A DNA stretch of 64,000 bases from Dehalococcoidia bacterium. GTDB taxonomy: Bacteria; Chloroflexota; Dehalococcoidia; Lucifugimonadales; VXLM01. The position numbers and the translations under genes were made by a program. Every line of letters begins with the position of its first letter. Within the stretch, counting starts at the first letter, position 1. Below, one piece after another: positions 8,823 to 18,246 of the stretch. The notes beneath the pieces were generated by a model that had not been told where the DNA came from, did not search any database, and saw only the letters and a program-made list of their open reading frames with translations. The stretch is from assembly GCA_963662435.1 (NCBI GenBank), contig OY759598.1, positions 1,024,507-1,088,506 of the forward strand, written 5' to 3'.

Positions 8823-11300
8823 CTACTTCACTACGATATTGACCAGCCTGCCTGGTACATAGATGGTCTTGACCACCTGCTTGCCGTCCGTGTGGCGCTG
8901 GACGTTTTCCGCGGCTATTGCGGCCTCTCTTGCGTCGTCCTCGCTCACGTCCACGGGCATTTCGACCTTGGCCCGGACCCTGCCATTGACCTGAACGACC
9001 AGCTCGATCATCTCATCGGCGGCCAGCTCAGCGTCGAACTCAGGCAGGGGCTCGTTGTGTATGCTCGTGGCATGGCCGGAGCGTTCCCACAGTTCTTCCG
9101 TGATATGCGGGGCCATGGGCGCCAACAGCACCAGCAGCTTTTCGACTGCCTCGTTCCAGGCAGCGGAGTCGACGTCCTTGGCTTCCCACGCCGAATTCAG
9201 CGTGTTGGAGAACTCCATCAGTCCCGCCAATGCCGTGTTGAACTTGAAGGACTCGACATCCCTCTCAACGCGCCTGATGGTCTTGTGAGTGGCGCGCGCC
9301 AGGTCGGCGTTGGCAGACTGGCCGGTAGGCAGGTCGTCCAGGATCCGCGAGTCCCGCTGGGCAATCTCCCAGACGCGGTTCAACCAGCGAGACACCCCAT
9401 TGATGCCATTGTCCTGCCAGCTGCCTCCCTGGTCCCAGGGGCCGACGAACATCAGATAGCACCGGACGGCGTCCGCGCCGTAGGATGAGACGTAGTCGTC
9501 GGGTGCTGCTACATTGCCCCGCGACTTGCTCATCTTCTGACCATCTTCTCCCAGCAGGTGCCCTTGGTTGTACAGACGTACGAACGGCTCATCAAAGTCG
9601 ATCAGCCCCAGGTCACGCATCGCCTTGGTGAAGAAACGCGCGTACAGCAGGTGCATTACCGCGTGTTCAGCCCCCCCGGTGTACTGGTCCACTGGCGCCC
9701 AATCTCCAATCACGCTCGGGTCGAAGGGTGCGTCGTCGAACTTCGGGCTCGCAAAGCGGAACTGGTACCACGAGGAGTCGACGAACGTATCCATCGTGTC
9801 GGTCTCCCGCACGGCATGTCCGTTGCAGTTCGGACAGGTGGTGTTCAGGAACCCCTCATGCAGCCCCAGGGGTGACTCGCCCGTCGGCCTGAATTCGGCG
9901 TCTTCCGGCAGCACCACGGGCAGGTCCTCGTCCGGAACGGGCAGGGTGCCGCAATCGTCACAGTACACGATGGGAATCGGTGTGCCCCAGTAGCGCTGAC
10001 GCGAGATCAGCCAGTCCCTCATGCGGTAGCGAACGGAGCGATCTCCCCAACCCTGCGCTTCGACGTGGTCTGCTATAGCCTGCCATCCCTCGGAGCTCGG
10101 CATCCCGTCGAACTGTCCGGAGTTGGCTTGCGTTCCTTCGTCGATATACGCCTCCGACAGCGGGCTGCCGTCGTAGCCGGGCGGAGCTACTACCACCCTG
10201 ATTGGCAGTCCGTACTCCGTGGCGAACTCGAAGTCGCGCTCGTCGTGGGCGGGGACGCCCATGACGATGCCTGTGCCGTAGCTCATCAGCACGTAGTCAC
10301 CCACCAAGATGGGGACGCGTTCCCCGTTCAGGAAGTTGGTGGCGTATGCCCCTGTTGGGACTCCCGTCTTTTTCTTTTCCGTCGACAGCCGTTCGATTTC
10401 CGTCTGCCTTCGAGCCTGCTCGACGTAGTCCTCGACGGCGGCTCTCTGCTCGGACGTGGTCAGCTTCTCCACCAGCGGGTGCTCCGGGGCCAGCACGACG
10501 AATGTCACGCCGAAAATCGTGTCGATGCGCGTCGTGTACGTGGTAATCGTCTTCTCTTCCAGACCGTACTCCGAGATATCGAAGGCTATGTCGACACCCT
10601 CGCTTCGCCCGATCCAGTTGGTCTGCATCGTGTTGATCTTCTCGGGCCACTCGATCTTGGACTGGTCCAGCAACTCGTCCGCATAGTCGGTGACCTTGAG
10701 CAGCCACTGGTAGATATCGCGACGTACTACCTCCGCGCCGCACCTTTCACACCGCCCGTTCTCAACCTGCTCATTGGCCAGGACGGTGTTGTCCTTCGGA
10801 CACCAGTTTGCGGGGGCGTAGTCCCTGTATGCCAGTCCGGCCTTGTAGAACTGGATGAACAGCCACTGGTTCCACTTGTAGTAGTCGGGCAGGCAGGTGA
10901 CGAGTTCCCTGTCCCAATCGTAGATCGTCCCCATCGAACGCAGCTGCCTTCGCATGTTTTCAATGTTCTCCATCGTGCGAACATGCGGATGGATCCCATC
11001 CTTTATCGCCGCGTTCTCCGCCGGCAGACCGAAGGCGTCGAAGCCCATGGGATGCAGAACGTTGAATCCCTGCATCCGTTTGAAGCGGGCGTGTGCGTCC
11101 GAAGGTGCCATGGCGTACCAATGGCCGATGTGCAGATCGCCGGAAGGGTAGGGGTACATTGTGAGCTCGTACCAATTCGGACGCGGGTCGTCGTTCCGAA
11201 CGGTGTGGATACCGCTCTTCTCCCAGCGCTCATGCCACTTGCTCTCGATTTCCGTTGGCACGTATTGTCCGGTCGCTTGCCGTTCTTGCGTGGTAGTCAT
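8823..11300 (-). CDS. leuS: Leucine--tRNA ligase
   Basis: MYPYPSGDLHIGH, DWLISRQRYWGTPIP, KMSKS. Confidence 0.98.
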   Translation of the reverse strand: MTTTQERQATGQYVPTEIESKWHERWEKSGIHTVRNDDPRPNWYELTMYPYPSGDLHIGHWYAMAPSDAHARFKRMQGFNVLHPMGFDAFGLPAENAAIKDGIHPHVRTMENIENMRRQLRSMGTIYDWDRELVTCLPDYYKWNQWLFIQFYKAGLAYRDYAPANWCPKDNTVLANEQVENGRCERCGAEVVRRDIYQWLLKVTDYADELLDQSKIEWPEKINTMQTNWIGRSEGVDIAFDISEYGLEEKTITTYTTRIDTIFGVTFVVLAPEHPLVEKLTTSEQRAAVEDYVEQARRQTEIERLSTEKKKTGVPTGAYATNFLNGERVPILVGDYVLMSYGTGIVMGVPAHDERDFEFATEYGLPIRVVVAPPGYDGSPLSEAYIDEGTQANSGQFDGMPSSEGWQAIADHVEAQGWGDRSVRYRMRDWLISRQRYWGTPIPIVYCDDCGTLPVPDEDLPVVLPEDAEFRPTGESPLGLHEGFLNTTCPNCNGHAVRETDTMDTFVDSSWYQFRFASPKFDDAPFDPSVIGDWAPVDQYTGGAEHAVMHLLYARFFTKAMRDLGLIDFDEPFVRLYNQGHLLGEDGQKMSKSRGNVAAPDDYVSSYGADAVRCYLMFVGPWDQGGSWQDNGINGVSRWLNRVWEIAQRDSRILDDLPTGQSANADLARATHKTIRRVERDVESFKFNTALAGLMEFSNTLNSAWEAKDVDSAAWNEAVEKLLVLLAPMAPHITEELWERSGHATSIHNEPLPEFDAELAADEMIELVVQVNGRVRAKVEMPVDVSEDDAREAAIAAENVQRHTDGKQVVKTIYVPGRLVNIVVK

Positions 11301-11389
11301 GGTTCTGCTCCCTAGCTATTGCCCGACTTCAATATCCCGACCTGTCCCGTGCTCTGTACTCGACGGGTGCGGTCGCATTTGCCTTTATA

Positions 11390-11735
11390 CGAAAAATACG
11401 AAAAATACGAAAAATCCCGTCCCCTGAATCAAGGGACGGGATTCTGAGTACACGTAGAATCTCGCGGTACCACCCTCGTTCCCCGGAACCGCGGTCTCGG
11501 CCCTTCGGGGCCAACAACCCTGCAAGCAGTAGTCCGGGACACTCGGCGACGATAACGGTGCCTACCGCCCTGACTTAGTTCCTGACCGGGTTCCTCCAAT
11601 GTAGAAGAGTTCGCGGTGGTTTCAGCCAAGGGGCTCGAGGGCGAGTTCACGGTAACGCTAACGCTGAGGCTTCCAGCCGACGGCCTCATTCTCTATCGCG
11701 CGCCGCCCGTTACTACTCCCTGTTACAGCCTTTCA
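11390..11735 (-). promoter_or_regulatory. T-box riboswitch (Leu, CUC specifier) with intrinsic terminator
   Basis: Minus strand: AGTA/AGAGA/GCTG stem I boxes, GAA-CTC specifier (11643-11648), T-box AACGAGGGTGGTACCGCG (11463-11480), terminator AATCCCGTCCC..GGGACGGGATTTTT. Confidence 0.92.
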
Positions 11736-11790
11736 AAGCTATTCGATTGCTTCCAAACCTAGCACGCGCCGGAAAGGCAGTCAAGGAATT

Positions 11791-12298
11791 GTAACTGTTC
11801 AGACTTCGTGAGAGCGCTCAATACGCGCAGCCACCGTCATTCCGGCGGAGGCCGGAATCCACTCCCCCTTATACGCCCGACTGGCGAAGTCCCGGCGAGG
11901 TCCCGTTCACCCTGAGCCTGTCGAAGGGTGCCCCCACGGCGATACCCATCCGTCAATTCCCTGAAAATAACCCCCGTCCGATCTCCCGTAGGGGCGATTC
12001 GCGAATCGCCCCTACCGCCATTTTCATGTTTGGTGGTGTCGGTGACAGCTGACATGAGCGATTGCTACGAAAATAGCCGTCGTAGCTCCCCCACACCGTC
12101 ATTCCGGCGGAGGGAGGAATCCAGTCTTCGGACCCTGTCATGCCGAGCCACAATTTTCATTCCAGGTGGTGAGAATGGCAACCCTCATGACATATTCTGA
12201 GGAGCGCAGCGACGAAGAATCTACAATCTCTCCCCCGCCGGGGGAGAGATACAGAAAGGGGGTCTTCGCCATTCAACTCACCAAGACTGTACAACTAC
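11791..12298. mobile_element. MITE-like element family 2 (ends GTAACTGTTCAG...) packed with REP-like units
   Basis: Left GTAACTGTTCAGACT, right end reverse complement GTAGTTGTACAGTCT; contains the perfect palindrome GTAGGGGCGATTCGCGAATCGCCCCTAC (11988-12015). Confidence 0.65.
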
Positions 12299-12398
12299 GA
12301 AGCCTGCCCAAGGTTTGGTAGACCCGTGGTCGTATTGGTACAATCAACAGGTGGCGCCCGCGAGTTCCCTAAATCACCAGCCCGACGTGAAGTGACGA

Positions 12399-14291
12399 AT
12401 GCCCCGCAAAACGCTCGACGAATTGTTTCAACTAGGCCCGCCAAGACGCGCGGAGGACGACTCGCGTGAGGAGATGAACGACGAGGAACAGCAATACGTG
12501 CTGTGGGGCCTCAAGGAAGACCAGGACATCTCACGAATTTCCGAGGCCCTTGCCGTTGATGAGAGGATCGTTTCACAGTTCTACGTCGGTCTCGTTAAGG
12601 ACCCCGACATACTGCTCGATCTGGACATTATCGAGCCGATCGAAGACCAGGGTGTCACGATGTTCCGGTGCGTCGTGTGCACAGTCCATCTCAACTCTCC
12701 TGATCAGATCGACAGGCACGTATTGGCACACTTCCTCAAGGACGCCGATCTCGATGCTGCGATCGAAGCTCGCATAAAATCAAAGCGACAACACGTGCCG
12801 TCCGAAGAGTCCGGCGATCCTGAAGCTGTTGCCTTCGCGGACCCGGAACCTCCCTCTGTTGAATCCGCCGTGACGGTTGAACAGGAGGGCGGTGAAGACG
12901 AGTCACCCTCCGTTATACCCCCAGACGCTGACCGCGCAGAGATCCTCCAGGCCCTCCGCCGTCTGGCTGCCTTGCCCGATATCCCTGATCCAGCAAACGA
13001 TGCTCCTGTCCAGGACGAGGCAACTGAAACTGACGATACCGAGGAGGAAACGCAACCGGAGCCGCCCGAAGAGGAGGAGACTGTCGACGTAGACAAGTCA
13101 TTCGAGCGCCTGGCGGTGCTCGTCGACTCAGGAGAGAAGCCGACGGAAGCCGTCCCTGAGCCAGACGCAAGTATTCAGGTCGAACCGGAAACGGAACAGA
13201 CCGCCGAAGAAGTTACTTCTCCAGAAGTACCTGACGCCGTGCCGGACGAGACGGCCCTCGTCAAAAGGCCCAGGCAGACAACCAACGGATCGCGGCTGAC
13301 GGTCCACGATCCCCCAAGGGAAGGTCTTGCGAGGGTGCTCGACTACTTTACCGGATGGGCCCGCTCTGCAAATGCCGAGAGGCAGAGACGCGATGTCGTT
13401 GGAGGAATGGGCGGCGTCAAGGAGGCCACATCCGTAACAATTGAGTCTGGCACTATGAAGATTCTCTCGACGAGGATGCTCGATGTCGTCGATTATCGCG
13501 AGGTTCCCCTGTCTACCCAACTCTACGCGGGTGGCGTCGTCGTAGATGCAGGCACCATCAGCCGACATCTGGCGGCTGCCCTGGCTGACATGAAGGGGGC
13601 TCATAGGTCCCTGTACGCTGCCGTACCCGGTTATCAGTCGGCCATGCGGCGATTCGATCTTCCTGACGTTAGGGAGATCGACCCCAAGGAAGTAATACCC
13701 CGCGAGGCCCGACGTGTGCTCGGTATTCCCGTCGAAAACGCCGCGCTTCGCTGGCAGCGGCTGCCCGGAAGATCACGCATAGGGCGCTGGCTGGTAGCCG
13801 CCTCGTCCGACGCCTCCTTCTCGTCGATCTCGGCCGTGGTTAAGGGCACTGGCCACAAGATGCGCGCCCTTGAATTACGTCCGTTTGCCCTCACCCGGGC
13901 CGTCGGACATCCCACGGTGGTCTGCGTGTTCGTTTCTTCGGACGGCTGCGACGTGGCAATTGTCCGCGATTGGGAACCCCACACATACCAATCGGTCTAT
14001 TGGGAGACCGGCTCGGTTTCCGACACCGGCGATCTCGTCAGGAGACTCACCGAGGTAGTCGAAAATACCGTGGACCTTCACAATCTCCACAACCCGGAAG
14101 TCTCCCTGACACCCGAAGTGCCGATAACTGTGGCCGGAGGGGAGACCGACCATCACCCCAACCTGGGGATCATGGTTGCCGCAAGCTCAGGACGGGACCT
14201 GGTCTTCGGCAAGAATCCCCTCAATGCCCCCAGCGACTTCCCTTACCAGTCACTCATAGTAAACGTCGGCCTCGCCCTCTACGACGTCTAG
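12399..14291 (+). CDS. C2H2 zinc-finger + acidic linker + PilM/FtsA-like domain protein
   Basis: FRCVVCTVHLNSPDQIDRHVLAH; C-terminal half has PilM-like features (SVTIESG, VPL..GGVVVD, RALELRPFALTRA, ITVAGG). Confidence 0.65.
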   Translation: MPRKTLDELFQLGPPRRAEDDSREEMNDEEQQYVLWGLKEDQDISRISEALAVDERIVSQFYVGLVKDPDILLDLDIIEPIEDQGVTMFRCVVCTVHLNSPDQIDRHVLAHFLKDADLDAAIEARIKSKRQHVPSEESGDPEAVAFADPEPPSVESAVTVEQEGGEDESPSVIPPDADRAEILQALRRLAALPDIPDPANDAPVQDEATETDDTEEETQPEPPEEEETVDVDKSFERLAVLVDSGEKPTEAVPEPDASIQVEPETEQTAEEVTSPEVPDAVPDETALVKRPRQTTNGSRLTVHDPPREGLARVLDYFTGWARSANAERQRRDVVGGMGGVKEATSVTIESGTMKILSTRMLDVVDYREVPLSTQLYAGGVVVDAGTISRHLAAALADMKGAHRSLYAAVPGYQSAMRRFDLPDVREIDPKEVIPREARRVLGIPVENAALRWQRLPGRSRIGRWLVAASSDASFSSISAVVKGTGHKMRALELRPFALTRAVGHPTVVCVFVSSDGCDVAIVRDWEPHTYQSVYWETGSVSDTGDLVRRLTEVVENTVDLHNLHNPEVSLTPEVPITVAGGETDHHPNLGIMVAASSGRDLVFGKNPLNAPSDFPYQSLIVNVGLALYDV

Positions 14292-14833
14292 CCCTTTGCC
14301 GCGTTTCGCCACCGAATGATGTCGAAGTCCACGGTGGACTCGATCACCGCGTTACGCAGCGAGACTAACGAGGGCATTACTCTCAGTTCGACCTCGGCTT
14401 CAACGAGTGCCGCTACCAGGTCCACTATAGGCTCAACTACGATTGGCCGGACTTCGCGCGTGGCAACCCAGTACCCCGCACTCTCATTGCGCATAATGAA
14501 TCCGTCCGAATGCAGGGTGTACCGGTAGATCGTTGTATCACGTAAGCGATCAAGCCATCTCGACTCTATGGCCGCAATCACGCTGGCGTCCGTGTGTCCG
14601 AAGAACGTTTCAGCGTCCTCAGTCGAAGTGCGGGGCGAATTCGTGATAATGATTCTCGGGCAGTCGCGTGGAAAATAGAACTGGTGGCAATGCGCGCCGT
14701 CCACCGCCCAAACGAGCGCCTCGTTTGACGCGCTGACCCTTACCGCCTGCGGCGCGAACAGCTCAATTGAGGGATCTTCGCTGAAGTGATAAAGGTAGTC
14801 CTGCTCTATGGAGGGTGAGCCAGCGGGTCTCAT
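14288..14833 (-). CDS. Conserved hypothetical, DUF6886-like
   Basis: LYHFSEDPSI..LVWAVD..YFPRDCPRI..AGYWVA..FDIIRWRNA. Confidence 0.7.
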   Translation of the reverse strand: MRPAGSPSIEQDYLYHFSEDPSIELFAPQAVRVSASNEALVWAVDGAHCHQFYFPRDCPRIIITNSPRTSTEDAETFFGHTDASVIAAIESRWLDRLRDTTIYRYTLHSDGFIMRNESAGYWVATREVRPIVVEPIVDLVAALVEAEVELRVMPSLVSLRNAVIESTVDFDIIRWRNAAKG

Positions 14834-14872
14834 GGCGAACTATAGATAAAGACCGGGGCAGAAGGGGATACC

Positions 14873-14904
14873 TTGACAGCCTGAAACAAAAGTAATATAG
14901 TTAC
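14873..14904 (+). promoter_or_regulatory. Sigma70-type promoter with overlapping palindrome
   Basis: TTGACA-17-TATAGT; GTAA-N5-TTAC overlaps the -10. Confidence 0.7.
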
Positions 14905-14937
14905 ACGTAAGCATCTTGTATGCCCAAGGAGAACTCC

Positions 14938-15342
14938 ATGAGCAAGAACAGCACTAACGACGACAAGTCGCTGTCGGAGCGGATCGAGACCATTGTAGAC
15001 GAGTCCAAAGAGGCCTTCAAACAGGCCTACCAGACCTCGGGCGTCGAATCAATAGGCGAGAACGTTAAGGATGCCGTAGACCGGGCGATTTCGAGGCGTG
15101 AGAACGTGGTCATGGTCAGGTTGAACAACGAGAGCATCACGCATGTCGACGAGCTCGTTGAAGCAGGCGTGGTCGCAAGTCGCTCTGAGGCAGTGGCATT
15201 TCTCGTTTCAGAAGGCATCGGCGCTCAGTCCGAGCTATTCCAGCGAATAGGGCAGAAGGTCGAGCAGATCCGAAAAGTCAAACAGGAACTCCGAGACCTC
15301 CTCAGCGAAAGCCCCCCGGAATCCTCCAAGAAGGACGACTAA
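14938..15342 (+). CDS. Ribbon-helix-helix (CopG-like) protein with coiled-coil flanks
   Basis: VVMVRLNNESITHVDELVEAGVVASRSEAVAFLV; RBS AAGGAG. Confidence 0.7.
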   Translation: MSKNSTNDDKSLSERIETIVDESKEAFKQAYQTSGVESIGENVKDAVDRAISRRENVVMVRLNNESITHVDELVEAGVVASRSEAVAFLVSEGIGAQSELFQRIGQKVEQIRKVKQELRDLLSESPPESSKKDD

Positions 15343-15456
15343 GGCAACGTCCATCCGAGAGTAACCCCTGTATCAGGGCGTTGCGCCCGTCGAAGTGGGC
15401 AGTTCCGCGGTTTGCGGAACTCGCGGAGAGCGGCATCGGATACTTGACGGGCCGAG

Positions 15457-15819
15457 TCAGTCCATGAGCACCTTGCCCGTCGCCGACCGCTTGCTGTAGG
15501 CCGAAGGCATCTTCGCATCGTTCTTGCGAGCCACCTCGTGGCATGCGTCTACACCTTCCATTCCCAGCCTGTGAATGGTCCCCAACGCGATGTAGGCCAC
15601 ATCCACCGCCTCTTTTACGGCCTCGTCGATCTCGCCGCGATTGAGCGCGCGGGCGTGCTCTCCCACCTCCTCGTCGAGCAGAGACAGTCTCTGCCTAAGG
15701 TCGTCGAGTGTCGTATCGACGCTGCTCATGTCGATCTGCGGAATGTCGAACCGTTTGTGGAACGCGTCCACGCTGACCGCCAGGGTCCGCACGCCGCGCA
15801 CAAAGTCTTCTGTCTGCAT
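15457..15819 (-). CDS. MazG-like nucleotide pyrophosphohydrolase
   Basis: LLDEEVGE...KEAVDVAY ExxE/ExxD motif, EVARKNDAK. Confidence 0.8.
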   Translation of the reverse strand: MQTEDFVRGVRTLAVSVDAFHKRFDIPQIDMSSVDTTLDDLRQRLSLLDEEVGEHARALNRGEIDEAVKEAVDVAYIALGTIHRLGMEGVDACHEVARKNDAKMPSAYSKRSATGKVLMD

Positions 15820-15887
15820 AGTCCCTCCTTCAGGGCTATATGGTATTCTACCGAACCGGCCCGGGCACTACCCCTTTCGCAACAGCC

Positions 15888-16985
15888 ATGACCCACCCAA
15901 CACTGCACTGCGTACCCTGCAACACATCCCTGCAAGCCGACATGACGACCCTTGCCTGTCCCAGCTGCGGTCGTCCGTTGGAGGTCAACTACCCCGGCCA
16001 CGACTACGGCAGGACAACTCCGCCTATGCCCGTATCCAGGAGTTCTCTTGAGTCCGTCACCCTCGGCGAAGGGGAGACGCCAATCATACCTCTCCCAAGT
16101 GTCGCAGAGCGCTTGGGATTAGAGTCGCTGGATGCCAAGCTGGAATACCTCAATCCGACTGGCTCCTTCAAGGACCGTGGCACCGTCGTCGTCATGGCGA
16201 AGGCCCTGGAGCACGGTGTGTCCGACGTCGTCGAAGACTCGTCGGGGAACGCCGGCGCTTCGGTCTCGGCCTACGCGGGAAGGGCGGGAATGAAGGCGCA
16301 CATCTTCGCCCCATCGTCTGCGCCGGAGGCCAAGCTCAGGCAGATCGTCGCCTACGGAGCACAGGTGCACTCCATCCCCGGCCCGCGTGAGGCGACGACC
16401 GCCGCCGCAATTAAGTACGCGACCGAGAACGCACTGGTATACGCCTCCCACGTCCTCAGTCCGTATTTCGTCGAGGGAACAAAGCTATTCGTCTACGAGG
16501 TCTTCAGGCAGACCGCCGGGCGCCAACCGCAAGACATCATCATGCCGGTTGGCAACGGCTCCCTGCTGCTCGGCGCGCTCAAGGGATTCTCAGAGCTCAA
16601 GCGGGGAGGGCACATCGCGGAGATGCCGCGCCTCCACGCGGTTCAGTCCAAGAACGTCATGCCCATAGTTGCAGCCTACTGGGGCCTAGACGGCACACCG
16701 CAGACCCAGAGCACCGTGGCAGGCGGCATCGCCGTCGGAACTCCAGCGCGCCTCGAAGAAATCGTAACTGCCATCAAGACCACCCATGGCACCGCAACCG
16801 CCGTCGAGGAAAACGACATCCTTGCCTGGCGTGACACCCTCGCCCAAACCGAAGGCGTCTACGGTGAGCCAACCTCGGCAGCTGCCTTCGCCGGACTAGC
16901 CCAGCTGGCAGAAAAGGGAATAGTCCGACCGGACGCCCATGTGCTCGTCCCCATAACCGGCTTCGGCCTCAAGGACACGGGGTAG
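15888..16985 (+). CDS. thrC: Threonine synthase-like PLP enzyme with N-terminal Zn ribbon
   Basis: TLGEGETP, NPTGSFKDRG, DSSGNAGAS, PVGNGS, EPTSAAA, ITGFGLK. Confidence 0.8.
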   Translation: MTHPTLHCVPCNTSLQADMTTLACPSCGRPLEVNYPGHDYGRTTPPMPVSRSSLESVTLGEGETPIIPLPSVAERLGLESLDAKLEYLNPTGSFKDRGTVVVMAKALEHGVSDVVEDSSGNAGASVSAYAGRAGMKAHIFAPSSAPEAKLRQIVAYGAQVHSIPGPREATTAAAIKYATENALVYASHVLSPYFVEGTKLFVYEVFRQTAGRQPQDIIMPVGNGSLLLGALKGFSELKRGGHIAEMPRLHAVQSKNVMPIVAAYWGLDGTPQTQSTVAGGIAVGTPARLEEIVTAIKTTHGTATAVEENDILAWRDTLAQTEGVYGEPTSAAAFAGLAQLAEKGIVRPDAHVLVPITGFGLKDTG

Positions 16986-17004
16986 GGCAACTGCTCGAAT
17001 ACAC

Positions 17005-18246
17005 TCACGCAGCGGGATGAAGTCTCTGAGCCTCATCATGCAATGCCCTTATCTTGACCGCGATAAAGTCGACCCGTTTGAGCACCGTATCGAGCGAGCC
17101 CCTTAGGTCGAGCGCGACGACCTCCAATCGCTTGCCGGAATTTCGGACGGTATACGTCGCCGTTTCCGCCTCACCCTGCGCGTAAATAAGAAGTCCGCCC
17201 GGCAGCCTTGCGGCCGTGACATAGGCATGCAATTGGTATAAGTCGGCGTTAGGCACACCTTCGACTCTTACGCGCTTGTATTTAGCGTCGCCCACGAATA
17301 GACATTTCGTGCCGTCCCACAAAGTGAGATCGGGTTCAAGTTTGACTCGGCTTGAATTGGCGAAGTAGATCCGGAGATTTTCCTTGAGCTGCTTGTCAGA
17401 GCGCAGCACATAAGGTGAATCTCCCAACGCCTCTCGCAGCGCCACCGTCACAAACTCTTGGAAGAGCACGTTCATATCCATGAGAAATCCCGTCGCCCGT
17501 ACCGCGCCCCGCTTCGACTCGAACGCGCCGTGCCGCAGAATCAAGCGGGACAGGCCCACGACGTCACGGTAGTGCTCGTTGAGCCGGTCGAAGCGGACAT
17601 CCGGCACGGACTTCGGGGAAAACTCCGCAGGCGAAACATTCTCAAGTGTCGCCGCGACTCGTCCCAAGTCCTTTCGCGCTTGCTGCGAACGGAGTCGCAT
17701 TCTCCCCAGACGGAATGTCGCGGCCTTCACCAGCTGGTTTTCCGTGATGTCGTCGGTGAACTCGTCGTAGCGCACCTCGATAGGCAGGGGAATGCCGAAC
17801 CTCTGGCGTATCTGGTCGGCGAACCTGATACGCCCGCGAACCGTATGCAACGCCTCTTCCTCTGTGCGGTACCCATGGAGGAGCCCACGTGAGAATGCCC
17901 TTCGCGCCGCAGCAGAAAGCGCAAGTGCCAGCGTGTCAGGTGGTGTCTCGACTTCTTCTTTAAACTCGAATAGCCGCTCTTCTTGTGCTCTATACACTCC
18001 CACTGCATAGCAAGCCAACGAGAGCAGCTGCGGGATACCGATCTTGGGCCGTATGAGCACGGAAAGGTCGCCGATCTCCACCGCGCCGACGGTGGAACCG
18101 GGAGTGAGACTATACGTACCCTCTTTGCCGATTACGGGTTCGACGGTGAGGCCGAGAGTTTTCTTCTCGCCTAGCAGCGCGTCTCGATGAGCGTCCGAGA
18201 GAGGATATTCGCTCGTCTCGTACTCCCGCAGGTCAATCTGACGCAT
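17005..18246 (-). CDS. mcrC: McrC-family restriction nuclease subunit
   Basis: DMNVLFQEFV, LEPDL..VGDAKYK, NADLYQLHAY. Confidence 0.9.
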   Translation of the reverse strand: MRQIDLREYETSEYPLSDAHRDALLGEKKTLGLTVEPVIGKEGTYSLTPGSTVGAVEIGDLSVLIRPKIGIPQLLSLACYAVGVYRAQEERLFEFKEEVETPPDTLALALSAAARRAFSRGLLHGYRTEEEALHTVRGRIRFADQIRQRFGIPLPIEVRYDEFTDDITENQLVKAATFRLGRMRLRSQQARKDLGRVAATLENVSPAEFSPKSVPDVRFDRLNEHYRDVVGLSRLILRHGAFESKRGAVRATGFLMDMNVLFQEFVTVALREALGDSPYVLRSDKQLKENLRIYFANSSRVKLEPDLTLWDGTKCLFVGDAKYKRVRVEGVPNADLYQLHAYVTAARLPGGLLIYAQGEAETATYTVRNSGKRLEVVALDLRGSLDTVLKRVDFIAVKIRALHDEAQRLHPAA

